From contig CP122380.1 in assembly GCA_024650005.2 (NCBI GenBank), positions 1,600,001-1,664,000 of the forward strand: a stretch of 64,000 nucleotides of DNA, in the 5' to 3' direction. The DNA is from Candidatus Bathyarchaeum tardum. GTDB lineage: Archaea; Thermoproteota; Bathyarchaeia; Bathyarchaeales; Bathyarchaeaceae. This document shows, piece after piece, positions 1 through 9,299 of this stretch. Within the stretch, counting starts at the first letter, position 1. The number at the start of each line of letters is the position of its first letter. Both the position numbers and the translations under genes were made by a program. Under the pieces are notes generated by a model that searched no databases, had not been told where the DNA came from, and saw only the letters and a list, made by a program, of their open reading frames with translations.

Positions 1-1
1 T

Positions 2-1093
2 GCAAACGGTTTGTCGAATTTGTCTGCAGGTCACACGCCTCTGTTAGCAGTTATTCGACCTAATCTTCCACCTAAACCCCACACTCTTCTTGTTCCCAAA
101 GTTACCGTAAAAAACATGACTGACGCAGGAAAAATTTTTGGCCCAGCACAAGCAGCAGTGGCAAAAGCTGTTGCAGATTCAGTGGAAGAAGGGGTAATTC
201 CTGAAGATAAAGTAGATGAATGGGTTATAGTTTGTAGTGTGTTTATTCACCCTCAAGCTAAAGATTTTCGCAGCATTTATCATTACAATTATAGTGCCAC
301 AAAACTGGCCATACAAAGAGCAATGGACAACTATCCGTCACTGGAAAAAGTAATGTATGACAAAGACAGAGCAAAACACCCAATAATGGGATTCAATGTG
401 CCAAGATTATGGAGACCACCCTACCTGCAAATAGCACTTGATGTTGCCAGCACCGAAAGAGCAAAACAAATCATAAGCCAATTACCTGAAAGCGACAGAA
501 TCATCCTAGAAGTAGGAACACCTCTGCTCAAAAAAGAAGGAATTGGAGTCGTACGTAAATTGAGAGAAGTAGCCAAAGACATGTTCATAGTAGCAGACCT
601 AAAAACCCTAGACGTTGGGCAGGTTGAAGTTGACATGTCATTTGAAGAAACCGCAGACGCAGTTGTGGTCGCGGGATTAGCAACAACAGAAACAATCGAC
701 AAGTTCATCGCAGAAGCAAAACGGTTAGGCATCTATGCAATAATGGACCTAATGAACGTAACAAACCCAATCGAAAAACTTCAATCCCTCAAACGATTAC
801 CTGATGTTGCAATTCTACACCGAGCAATAGATGCAGAAAAAACAGGCAAAACAAGGTGGGACATTATCAAAGAAATGCGTGAAACATTCAAAGGCAAAAA
901 ATTCTTGGTAGCAGTTGCCGGCGGAATAACTCCAGAAACAGCGCCAGAAGCACTAGCAAACGGTGCAGACATCATAATAGTTGGAAGATACATTACCCAA
1001 TCCAAAGATGTAGAAAGAGCAACAAGAGAATTCTTGAAGAGCACAAAAGAAATGACCCACGACATAGACCTCTTCAGAGTTCATGTAGAATAA
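2..1093 (+). CDS. fae-hps: Bifunctional formaldehyde-activating enzyme / 3-hexulose-6-phosphate synthase (5' partial)
   Basis: Fae motifs [12 protein letters not shown] and [14 protein letters not shown] followed by an HPS/OMPDC barrel ([33 protein letters not shown]); frame open to window start. Confidence 0.93.
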   Translation, partial: ANGLSNLSAGHTPLLAVIRPNLPPKPHTLLVPKVTVKNMTDAGKIFGPAQAAVAKAVADSVEEGVIPEDKVDEWVIVCSVFIHPQAKDFRSIYHYNYSATKLAIQRAMDNYPSLEKVMYDKDRAKHPIMGFNVPRLWRPPYLQIALDVASTERAKQIISQLPESDRIILEVGTPLLKKEGIGVVRKLREVAKDMFIVADLKTLDVGQVEVDMSFEETADAVVVAGLATTETIDKFIAEAKRLGIYAIMDLMNVTNPIEKLQSLKRLPDVAILHRAIDAEKTGKTRWDIIKEMRETFKGKKFLVAVAGGITPETAPEALANGADIIIVGRYITQSKDVERATREFLKSTKEMTHDIDLFRVHVE

Positions 1094-1098
1094 AAACA

Positions 1099-1123
1099 AA
1101 AAAGGGAATGAAAATCCCTTTTT
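1099..1123. terminator. Bidirectional hairpin/T-tract terminator between convergent genes
   Basis: AAAAAGGGA-atgaaaa-TCCCTTTTT inverted repeat between the fae-hps and ridA stops. Confidence 0.6.
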
Positions 1124-1135
1124 CTATCTTTTAGT

Positions 1136-1518
1136 TTAAGATTTTTTTGCTATTGCATCAATTTCTACTAATACCTCAGGCATAAGACCGACTTGAACAG
1201 TAGTTCGTGCTGGTGGATTTTGTTCAAAATATCTACTGTAAACTGCATTAAATGACCTAAAATCAGCAAAATCACTCAAGAATACAGAAGTTTTGATGAC
1301 ATCACCCATAGAAAGGTGTACACTTTCGAGGATCAATTTTATGTTCTCAAGAACTTGAATGGTCTGAGTTTCAATTGCACCCTTAACAATCTTAGTAGTT
1401 TTTGGGTCAATTGGAATTTGTCCAGACACAAAAATTAGATTATCACTGAATATAGCCTGAGAGTATGGACCTACAGGTTTAGGAGCAGTTTCTGCTAAAA
1501 TAACTGTTTTTTAGACAA
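1136..1518 (-). CDS. ridA: RidA/YjgF family enamine deaminase (apparent 1-nt frameshift near start)
   Basis: In-frame upstream of the called ORF: KTVILAETAPKPVGPYSQAIFSDNLIFVSGQIP, then PARTTV and VEIDAIA; TTG start at 1518 is out of frame across an A6 run. Confidence 0.85.
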
Positions 1519-1585
1519 AATACGTCAATCCTCATTAGTATGTTAGGGATAAATAGATTTAACTTTTCGATGTAAAAGATATCAA

Positions 1586-2011
1586 GTGATAGCAATGACG
1601 AAAGTAGAAGTTAGAGCAAATTGGGTACAAAATGTTCAATCTATTGCGAATAACACTAGAGGTCACAGTGTAGTTGTGGATTTACCAAAAGAAAAAGGAG
1701 GCAACAATACAGGACCAACAGCTTTAGAGCTAGCGTTGATTTCGTTAGCCGAATGTGCTGTTACAATATTTGCTGATGTTTGCAAAAAGAGTAATGTTAC
1801 AATTGACCAAATGGAAGTAGTTGCTGAGGCAAATAGAGAATCAAATTCATCAAAGATTTCAGATGTAAAAATCAAGACAACTGTTAAAGCAAAAGAAAGA
1901 AAACAAAAACTTGATGCAATTTGGAGAAGGACAGAAGCCACCTGCCCGGTTATTTCAATATTCCAAGATAATACGCCAATAAAAGTTGAGTTTCAAATAA
2001 TCAATGAATAA
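1586..2011 (+). CDS. OsmC family protein
   Basis: DLPKEKGG.NTGPTALEL..SLAEC and C-terminal TCPV; two-Cys OsmC/Ohr pattern. Confidence 0.85.
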   Translation: MIAMTKVEVRANWVQNVQSIANNTRGHSVVVDLPKEKGGNNTGPTALELALISLAECAVTIFADVCKKSNVTIDQMEVVAEANRESNSSKISDVKIKTTVKAKERKQKLDAIWRRTEATCPVISIFQDNTPIKVEFQIINE

Positions 2012-2157
2012 ACGAGGAATCACTTTTTTAACAGTTATTTGACAGCATACAATTGTGTAAACTGACGTTTTACCCAAAATAAAGTGTCAGTTTTAAATCC
2101 GAGGGCTAGAAAGGTTTTTAGCTCCAACAAAACCTGTCAAAGACTAAAGGGTTTATC

Positions 2158-3000
2158 ATGAAATTTGTTGATGCGCATATTCATCTTGCAGACAATGCAT
2201 ATTCGCAAAATGTTAACCAAATTATTGATGAAGCAAAACGTGTAGATGTTGTTGCATTGGTTGCTAATTCCACAGATTTGGAAACAAGCATTCGGAGCAT
2301 TAAACTGGCTGAAGAATACCCTAATCAAGTTTATGCTACTGCAGGTATTCATCCCTGGAATACAAAGCAGCTGAAGCCAAACGAATTAAAAGAAACTGTT
2401 GAATTAATTGTAGAAAACAAACAAAAACTGCTTGCAGTTGGGGAAATAGGATTAGACGCCACGTATTCTGGAAAAGGGGAACCCACAAAAATTCAGATGC
2501 AAGTCTTTCAAGAAATGCTGTCGATTGCTGAAAAAATTGAGCTGCCCGTGATAATTCATTCTAGAGGTGCAACCAGTCAAATAGTAAATATGTTGCCATC
2601 ATTCAAAATTGATAAAGTTATTCTTCACTGGTTCAGCCAACCTCACGTTTTGATTTCTACAATTGTTGACCGTGGTTACTACATCACGGAAGGCCCAGCA
2701 ACAATATTTTCAGGGGGCATCAAAACGGTCATCCGAGAAACACCGTTAACCAATCTCATAACGGAAACTGATGGACCAGTTCGTTTCAGAGCAAAGCCAT
2801 TCAATGGTGAATTAACTACTCCGTCATGTATCCCAACAATAGTTGAAGCAATTGCTGAATTAAAAAAAATGAATAAAACTGAAGTTGCAAATCAAATTTA
2901 CGAAAATTTTGTCAATTTTTTTGGCGTTAAAGGCGTAAGGGATAAAAGGCATGATGCGGGGACAATTGATAACATTAAAGAAAGTAAACAAACAAAGTAA
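2158..3000 (+). CDS. tatD: TatD family DNase
   Basis: DAHIHL, GIHP, VGEIGLD, IIHSR, LHWF, ETDGP motifs. Confidence 0.92.
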   Translation: MKFVDAHIHLADNAYSQNVNQIIDEAKRVDVVALVANSTDLETSIRSIKLAEEYPNQVYATAGIHPWNTKQLKPNELKETVELIVENKQKLLAVGEIGLDATYSGKGEPTKIQMQVFQEMLSIAEKIELPVIIHSRGATSQIVNMLPSFKIDKVILHWFSQPHVLISTIVDRGYYITEGPATIFSGGIKTVIRETPLTNLITETDGPVRFRAKPFNGELTTPSCIPTIVEAIAELKKMNKTEVANQIYENFVNFFGVKGVRDKRHDAGTIDNIKESKQTK

Positions 3001-3016
3001 ATAGCGGGGTGAAAAA

Positions 3017-3241
3017 ATGGGAAAAGTTCGAACCGAACAGGTCAAAAGAATAGCACGAGAATTGTTAGACAAATATCCTAACAAGTTTTCAACAGATTTC
3101 GAAAAGAACAAAAAATTCGTTGATGAATATACAAACATTTCTTCAACTAAAGTCAGAAACAAAGTTGCTGGCTATACAGCCCGATTAGCAAGCACACTTT
3201 ATGGTAATGACGACACAGAAGAAGACACCAACGAAGAATAA
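3017..3241 (+). CDS. rps17e: 30S ribosomal protein S17e
   Basis: MGKVRTEQVKR...FSTDFEKNKK...RNKVAGY; GGGGTGA SD. Confidence 0.96.
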   Translation: MGKVRTEQVKRIARELLDKYPNKFSTDFEKNKKFVDEYTNISSTKVRNKVAGYTARLASTLYGNDDTEEDTNEE

Positions 3242-3353
3242 AAACTTGAATAGTTGGTGTAACTTTTTTAGTATCCATCTATGTTTTGGAATAATTTTAT
3301 TATCAACTACTTTTCATAATTAAGAATAAAAACAACTAAAACGGGGCAATAAT

Positions 3354-3728
3354 TTGTCAACAATGGACGGGTATCGAAAAGGTTGGGCAACACGCTACCT
3401 AAGAGAGGCAAAAGCAGAACTAATAGCAGCAGAAAATACGCCATACATGGCTGCAGGTTTTATTATTGAAGCCCTTTCTAAAGCTCAAGCCTCGATATAC
3501 TACAGTTTAGGAGACCCAACATTTATTGTCCCAATAATTCAGGAAACAATCACCAGCAGACAAAAAATTAATGAACCAATACTGAATTTTCTTATTGAAA
3601 TCGAAAAAGTAATTCAACAGATAGCACAAAATTCATCACCGGACAATGAAAAAATGATGGAACAAGCAAAAGACATTATTGAATTCACGTCCGAAATAGT
3701 TGAGCTCTTTGGTGGAGAAAGCTCATAA
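3354..3728 (+). CDS. Hypothetical alpha-helical protein, HEPN-like
   Basis: W..RYLREAKAEL..A N-terminal helix and C-terminal MEQAKDIIEF helix resemble the HEPN fold; no RxxxxH. Confidence 0.45.
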   Translation: MSTMDGYRKGWATRYLREAKAELIAAENTPYMAAGFIIEALSKAQASIYYSLGDPTFIVPIIQETITSRQKINEPILNFLIEIEKVIQQIAQNSSPDNEKMMEQAKDIIEFTSEIVELFGGESS

Positions 3729-3744
3729 CAAAAGAGAGATCAAA

Positions 3745-4038
3745 ATGCCAATTGATGTAGAAGTAAAATTTTTGGGAATATATCAACGGCTTGCGGGGAA
3801 AAAAAGTGTACAACTAAAGTTGGATACTCCGACAACCATTAGAAAAGCAATGAAACAGCTCGCGGAAATTTTTTCTGAAGACTTTAAACGAGCACTAATT
3901 GATGATCAATTGGATGACCCTAAACCAAATGCTTTGATTATAGTTAATGGAAAAGAGATTAATGTATTACAAGGACTTGAAACAGAGATTAATCACGCTG
4001 AAGAAATTATCCTAATTCCCATGGTTCATGGTGGATAA
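3745..4038 (+). CDS. MoaD/ThiS/SAMP ubiquitin-like protein
   Basis: Beta-grasp pattern VEVKFLG...IIVNGKEI..LQGLETEI...IILIPMVHGG with C-terminal di-Gly; ATG at 3745. Confidence 0.9.
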   Translation: MPIDVEVKFLGIYQRLAGKKSVQLKLDTPTTIRKAMKQLAEIFSEDFKRALIDDQLDDPKPNALIIVNGKEINVLQGLETEINHAEEIILIPMVHGG

Positions 4039-4133
4039 AAGACCCGCCATTACCTGTTGCCAGAACCATCATTCTACAAAGACATGTTTTGCTTACGAAA
4101 AGAGTTTTTCAAAAAAAATCAGTGCCAAAGCTT

Positions 4134-4631
4134 CTATTGCTCATCAGAGGCAAGGAGCTTTGCCATAACGTAGGCATCTTCTCCATCTGCGTAGTAGTTT
4201 CTTATTGTTCGTGATACTTGAAATCCTAATTTTTTGTAAAGGTTTATTGCAGCTAGGTTACTTTCTCGTACTTCTAAGTAGAATTCTTTTGCGTTGTAAT
4301 TACTCATTGCATGACTTGCGTCCCGCATAAGAGAGAAACCAATTCCTTTTCTATGATGACCAGGCAACACAGCAATAGATATGACATGTCCTTTCCGTGT
4401 GATTCCTAGAACTTTAAAACTTGGAATTCCAGTTTCAACACGACACATAATGTAACCAACAAGGTCCCCATTGATTTCGGCAACAATGAAAGTTGCAGGG
4501 AACCGTTTGTACAAATTAATGAAAAACAAGTTAGAGTAGTTTTCGGGAAGGCATTCACGATTTATTCGCATTACAGCATTCAAATCTGAAGGCTTAAACG
4601 GTCTAAGTTTATAGTTGATTTCTAAAACCAC
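4134..4631 (-). CDS. rimI: N-terminal acetyltransferase RimI/Ard1
   Basis: CLPENY, GHVISIAV, RKGIG, YLEVRESN..AINLYKKLGF, YYADGEDAYVM; GTG start with AGGTG SD. Confidence 0.93.
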   Translation of the reverse strand: MVLEINYKLRPFKPSDLNAVMRINRECLPENYSNLFFINLYKRFPATFIVAEINGDLVGYIMCRVETGIPSFKVLGITRKGHVISIAVLPGHHRKGIGFSLMRDASHAMSNYNAKEFYLEVRESNLAAINLYKKLGFQVSRTIRNYYADGEDAYVMAKLLASDEQ

Positions 4632-4815
4632 ACTAACACACCTTGCTGCTTTTATGTTACATGCATCCAGAGCAAAAGGTGTAAGCGAACAAAAGTAAAT
4701 ATAGTTTTTCATGAAGTAAGACACACTAATTAGGTGAAAAATATCAAAGAACTAAATAAGAAAAGACGCATATATTACCTGGATTGTTTCCTCCATAATT
4801 TCTGTTGGTGATTTC

Positions 4816-5235
4816 ATGGTTGAACCGTTTGTTGCTAACATTAATTTTGGGTTACAAATAATAATTTTAATTATAATAATCAGTAGTCTTGTCCTCAAAA
4901 AAAGGAGCTCATATTTTTCCCACGGAATCACAATGCTGATTGCCATTATTTTAAACGCCATTTCTTTTCTATTTGTGATGGGACCTTCATTATTTGGCTT
5001 GAAACAATTTATTTTCGCTCAACCATCCCATATAATTTCAATATTTTTATTAATCCATGCAAGTGTCGGAACATTGGCTGAAATTGTTGGAGGCTGGCTG
5101 ATTGTTTCTTGGCGGTTGAGGTCAGGGGTAAAATATTGTGCAAAAAACAGGAAAATTATGAAATATGTTTTGATTCTATGGTTAATTTCATTATTTTCAG
5201 GTTTTGTGGTATATTCTCTACTTTATGTAGTATGA
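4816..5235 (+). CDS. 4-TM membrane protein (DUF420-like)
   Basis: Four hydrophobic segments with His in TM2 (SHGITM) and TM3 (IHASVG). Confidence 0.6.
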   Translation: MVEPFVANINFGLQIIILIIIISSLVLKKRSSYFSHGITMLIAIILNAISFLFVMGPSLFGLKQFIFAQPSHIISIFLLIHASVGTLAEIVGGWLIVSWRLRSGVKYCAKNRKIMKYVLILWLISLFSGFVVYSLLYVV

Positions 5236-5267
5236 TCTAATTGGGTTTGAAACCATAAGATATTTAA

Positions 5268-5759
5268 TTGAACTTAACTAAAGACAATAAGGGGGTTTGT
5301 TTTAGCCTGTCAAAAAACAGAGTGTATTTTATGTTAATAATTATTTCAGTCTCGTTTTGCAGTTTTTTTGTTCCATCGGCAGGAGCGATTGTTCCGGAAG
5401 TTCAGAACGTGATTTTTTGGAATGATGGAACTGAAACGATTTTGAACGTGACAATTTACCATACACCTTTAACTTCGCTTCATTATGTAAATCAAGTTGA
5501 AGTAGATATTGAAGGAGCCATAACAAGTTATCCAGTTACACAGACTGACATAACCTTTACAACGTCAATTAATCTAGGAGAAATCGCGGGAACACCCCTA
5601 GCAAGAGTGAGGGCATTTTGCATTCTTGATGGTTGGAGTTCATGGACAAACCAACAAAGCATACCAGAGTTTTCTTCATGGATAATTGTTGTTCTATCAT
5701 TAGCCACTATTTTAGCACTTATTATAGTCAAAAAGAGATGGAGAAATCTGCAACCATAA
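5268..5759 (+). CDS. Secreted PEF-CTERM protein with superoxide-reductase-like metal motif
   Basis: Signal peptide; HTPLTSLHYVNQVEV and AFCILDGW; C-terminal IPEF-TM-KKR sorting signal. Confidence 0.65.
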   Translation: MNLTKDNKGVCFSLSKNRVYFMLIIISVSFCSFFVPSAGAIVPEVQNVIFWNDGTETILNVTIYHTPLTSLHYVNQVEVDIEGAITSYPVTQTDITFTTSINLGEIAGTPLARVRAFCILDGWSSWTNQQSIPEFSSWIIVVLSLATILALIIVKKRWRNLQP

Positions 5760-5917
5760 AGTTAGTAAACATATTGTAATCTTTAGCCCAAGGCGAGATT
5801 ACTTTCACTGACCTCTCCCCTCTTTGCTACTGTTTGTTAGGACATTCACCTTAAAACTGTTCGAATACAACCTCTACCTCGAATAAAATACATCTAACAA
5901 CTTTAAGGGTGAATAAC

Positions 5918-6871
5918 ATGTCAGAAGATAACGATTTAAAAAATCTCCCAGGTGTCGGGCCTGCTACAGCTACTAAATTAAAATCTGCAGGGTACACAAC
6001 TTCAGAAGCCCTTTCTGTGACCCCACCCAAAGAAATCACAGAAAAAACAGGAATAGGATTTAACACCATTCTAAAAATCGTGCAAGCCGCAAGAGAGCAA
6101 ATAGGAATAGATTTCATCACTGCAGAAGAGTTATGGAAAAAAAGACAAGACATGAAAAGATGCACAACAGGATCCGAAAATCTCAACAATCTCATGGGTG
6201 GCGGAATCGAAACACAAGCAATGACCGAACTAATCGGAGAATACGGAGTAGGAAAAACCCAAATCTGTTTATCCCTGTGCGTTAGAGTTCAACTTCCAGA
6301 AGAACAAAACGGATTAAACGGAAAAGTTGTGTACATAGACACAGAAGGAACATTCATCCCCGAACGAGTCTTCCAAATAGCCGAATCATTAGGTCTAGAC
6401 CCCCACGAAACATTAGACAACATATTTCTTGCACGAGCATACAATAGCAGCCACCAAGAATTACTAACAGAACACCTCTTCAAATTCTGCCCAGAAAACA
6501 ATGTCAAACTAGTTGTTGTCGACTCCATGATTGGACACTTCAGAGGAGAATATGTTGGTCGAGAAAACCTTTCAGAACGCCAACAAAAACTTAACAGTCA
6601 ATTACACAAGCTACTTAGATTGACAGAAGCTTTCAACATTTCAGTAGTAATTACAAATCAAGTTCAAGCAAACCCTACAGCCTTCTTCGGAGATCCCAAC
6701 AAGCCAGCAGGAGGAAACGTCATGGCTCACGCATCAACACACAGAGTTTACCTACGAAAAGGTGGAAAAGGAACACGAATTGCAACAGTAATAGATTCAC
6801 CATATCTACCAGAAGAAAAAGTGCGATTTAAAATCACAGAGAAAGGCGTAGAAGACGCTGTAGAAGATTAA
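5918..6871 (+). CDS. radA: DNA repair and recombination protein RadA
   Basis: N-terminal HhH (LPGVGPATA), GEYGVGKTQ Walker A, YIDTEGTF, VVVDS, TNQV, GGNVMAHAST. Confidence 0.96.
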   Translation: MSEDNDLKNLPGVGPATATKLKSAGYTTSEALSVTPPKEITEKTGIGFNTILKIVQAAREQIGIDFITAEELWKKRQDMKRCTTGSENLNNLMGGGIETQAMTELIGEYGVGKTQICLSLCVRVQLPEEQNGLNGKVVYIDTEGTFIPERVFQIAESLGLDPHETLDNIFLARAYNSSHQELLTEHLFKFCPENNVKLVVVDSMIGHFRGEYVGRENLSERQQKLNSQLHKLLRLTEAFNISVVITNQVQANPTAFFGDPNKPAGGNVMAHASTHRVYLRKGGKGTRIATVIDSPYLPEEKVRFKITEKGVEDAVED

Positions 6872-6931
6872 AAACAGGAGTGATATAACATTAGGAAACA
6901 CCGATAGATGAATCTATTCATTAAAGTCAGG

Positions 6932-7783
6932 TCATTTTATCGTAGTTTCTTTTTTAATTATTTTAGTTAAAGGCGATTTTGCTTTTTTTGACGGTGAGGA
7001 CGTCACAGGTTTTTTTGTGGAATCTTTTTGTGTTGGAGCCGAAAGTTTGTGGATACGAGATTTTGTGTTTCCGGTGATTGCGTCTATTGTCAAAGTGGCT
7101 TCTTTATTCGTCTTTAGGTTTTTGACAACAACATCGTACATAGGTTTGTAGATTAAAGTGCGCTCATTAACATCGAATAATTCATCATGGATGCAGGTTA
7201 TATTTTCAGGGCGGTTAACAATTTTGGATTTTAATAGGTCGATTTCTTTTTGGTTATTTAGTTGACTATTTTCAAATTTTTGGTCAACAGCCCTTAGAAC
7301 GTTTTCGGGTTGTTCTTCAAAGGGTACAAGAGGTAACTCTTCAAGACCAACTTTACTCCAATGGCTATCAAAGACAAGGCGAATTTTTTCATTAATTTTG
7401 TAGCGACCTTCTCCAGTTAACTTTACTATTTTTGTTGCAGAATTAAGATGATCCTTCAAAGAGACGGGTTCAACTTTTCCCCCATATAAAGTTAGGTTCA
7501 ACATAGTTTCATTAACCTGAATGTTGTGTGTCCAGTTTTTTGAGTAATCAATATGGTATTCAGCTTCTGCAACCAAATAAGGTTCATAATATTTTTCAAT
7601 TGAAATAATCTGTACTTCGTGAGGTTTAGGGTTCATGAAAAACATCTTACTAAATAGTCCAGTTTTCATTTTTTCAGCGGTTGCCCTAATTGATTTTGAA
7701 TCAATACGTGATTTGTAAACGATGACCTTGCGTTCAACAATATTCTCGGGAATAGGACCAATATGTACCAATAGAAACGCCAA
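6932..7783 (-). CDS. Hypothetical protein
   Basis: 283-aa ORF with Y.PY and IDAITG motifs; start uncertain. Confidence 0.7.
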   Translation of the reverse strand: MAFLLVHIGPIPENIVERKVIVYKSRIDSKSIRATAEKMKTGLFSKMFFMNPKPHEVQIISIEKYYEPYLVAEAEYHIDYSKNWTHNIQVNETMLNLTLYGGKVEPVSLKDHLNSATKIVKLTGEGRYKINEKIRLVFDSHWSKVGLEELPLVPFEEQPENVLRAVDQKFENSQLNNQKEIDLLKSKIVNRPENITCIHDELFDVNERTLIYKPMYDVVVKNLKTNKEATLTIDAITGNTKSRIHKLSAPTQKDSTKKPVTSSPSKKAKSPLTKIIKKETTIK

Positions 7784-8026
7784 TATTTCGTAATGTTGTA
7801 GATTAAATATTATTTATGAACATAAATTATGTATTCACAATCCACTAAATTCTAAAAAAGTAGGTCAAGAACGAAAACTGAAAAACAACAGTGAAGGAGC
7901 AATGGTTTTTTAAAACTCACAAAATTGTTCAATTGCATCATATCCCCTAATTCCCACATAATAGCAAGTAGATCACAATTTCAAGTCCTAAAGATAAAAT
8001 GAGCCAGAAACGATTCAAAAAGAAAG

Positions 8027-8353
8027 TCAGGTATAGAGCCTGAAAGTGTGATTACATTTTGTGCATCTAAAAAATTGTGTTGCTCCTTCATCACCGGAAC
8101 GAGTCTGTACTTGCCATGTGTATGCCAAATTGTTTTCACATTTTGGACATTTCATTTCTGCGGTAGGGTTAGTTTTTAAACCTTGGTCTTCGTTTCCTAT
8201 GACCACTATTGTTTCAAGCGGTTTTTTGGGAGTAACGGTTTTGATTTCAGTTTCTTGGGTTTTTTTGCATTTACAAACTGGACAAATAAAAACTGCCCCT
8301 TCTTTGGTTCGTTTCATAACCATGCGTTTTCCACATGAAGAACAAAATTCCAT
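8027..8353 (-). CDS. tfs: Transcription factor S (TFS)
   Basis: Two Zn ribbons; QTRSGDEGATQFFRCTKC acidic hairpin intact. Confidence 0.95.
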   Translation of the reverse strand: MEFCSSCGKRMVMKRTKEGAVFICPVCKCKKTQETEIKTVTPKKPLETIVVIGNEDQGLKTNPTAEMKCPKCENNLAYTWQVQTRSGDEGATQFFRCTKCNHTFRLYT

Positions 8354-8430
8354 TATACTTCTCTTCCTTAGACAAGGGTAATGAATTGGGCACCATTAAA
8401 TATTAACGTATTTGCAGGGTGTCAAGTACA

Positions 8431-8961
8431 CTAATGCTCTCTTTCATGTGCTGATAAATTTCCAATTTCAGGCAAAATTAGTTTTTTAAAAGCAAGATTA
8501 ATTGAATCTGGAGAGTTAGGAATACAAAAAAGTATTTTTTGTTGATCAGTTATCCCAGCTAAGGCTCGGCTAATAATTGCTGTTGAACCAAACTTGTCAT
8601 AATAGAGCTTTCGAAGTATTTCTGCAAATCCAGGCATTGTTTTAATCATCAGTGGCCTTAAAGCTTCTAAGGTAATTTCGGACACGCTTAATCCAGTTCC
8701 ACCACATACAATTATTACATCTATTATGTTGGAACTAATTGCATTGCCAACTTGTTTTGTGAGCATAACGCGGTCATCGGGCATAAATTGTGTTGAAACT
8801 ACTTGATGACCAGCATCAGTTACAAGGTCTACAATTAAGTCAAGAGAATCAGTAACGAAGTTTTCATTTTCTTTAAACTGTTGATAAAGAGAAGAACTAC
8901 AAATAATTACAGAAAAATTGATTGTTCTGGAGGATTTGGATTTATTTGTGTCTTCATTCAT
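8431..8961 (-). CDS. moaB: MoaB/Mog family molybdopterin biosynthesis protein (divergent)
   Basis: MPDD, CGGTG, PGFAE, ISRALAG motifs; canonical RDVT and LPGSP appear as SEIT and IPNSP. Confidence 0.75.
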   Translation of the reverse strand: MNEDTNKSKSSRTINFSVIICSSSLYQQFKENENFVTDSLDLIVDLVTDAGHQVVSTQFMPDDRVMLTKQVGNAISSNIIDVIIVCGGTGLSVSEITLEALRPLMIKTMPGFAEILRKLYYDKFGSTAIISRALAGITDQQKILFCIPNSPDSINLAFKKLILPEIGNLSAHEREH

Positions 8962-9031
8962 GTGCAGCATCTCCAACTATTTTCAAAGGTTAATTTAACT
9001 ACAAGTAAACATTTTAGAGCATGTTTTCGAT

Positions 9032-9298
9032 TTATTTTGTCTCTTCCCAGTATTCCATTAATTGTCTGATCATTAGTGCTCTAGGGTTTTCTTCATTGTA
9101 ACGAAATATACGGATTCGTCCAAAGGTTTTGTGGCGTACAAGTTTGTTGTTTTCTAAAGTCTCCAAGTGCTGATTAGTTGTAGCATAGTTTAATCCTGCA
9201 CGCCTTGCAATTTCTGAGATGTTTAATTCTCCAATTTCAGATAAAATTCTTAGAATTTTAACACGCCCTTTAGAAGAAAAAACTTCTTCGATTGCCAT
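9032..9298 (-). CDS. ArsR-like winged-helix regulator
   Basis: FSSKGRVKIL..L...ELNISEIARR.GLNY....HL..LE; 1 nt downstream of cdc6. Confidence 0.85.
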   Translation of the reverse strand: MAIEEVFSSKGRVKILRILSEIGELNISEIARRAGLNYATTNQHLETLENNKLVRHKTFGRIRIFRYNEENPRALMIRQLMEYWEETK

Positions 9299-9299
9299 C

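Noticed and set aside
5776-5802. GTAATCT...AGATTAC hairpin upstream of radA
   Set aside because: Single stem after a stop codon with no K-turn or other ncRNA features; at most a terminator
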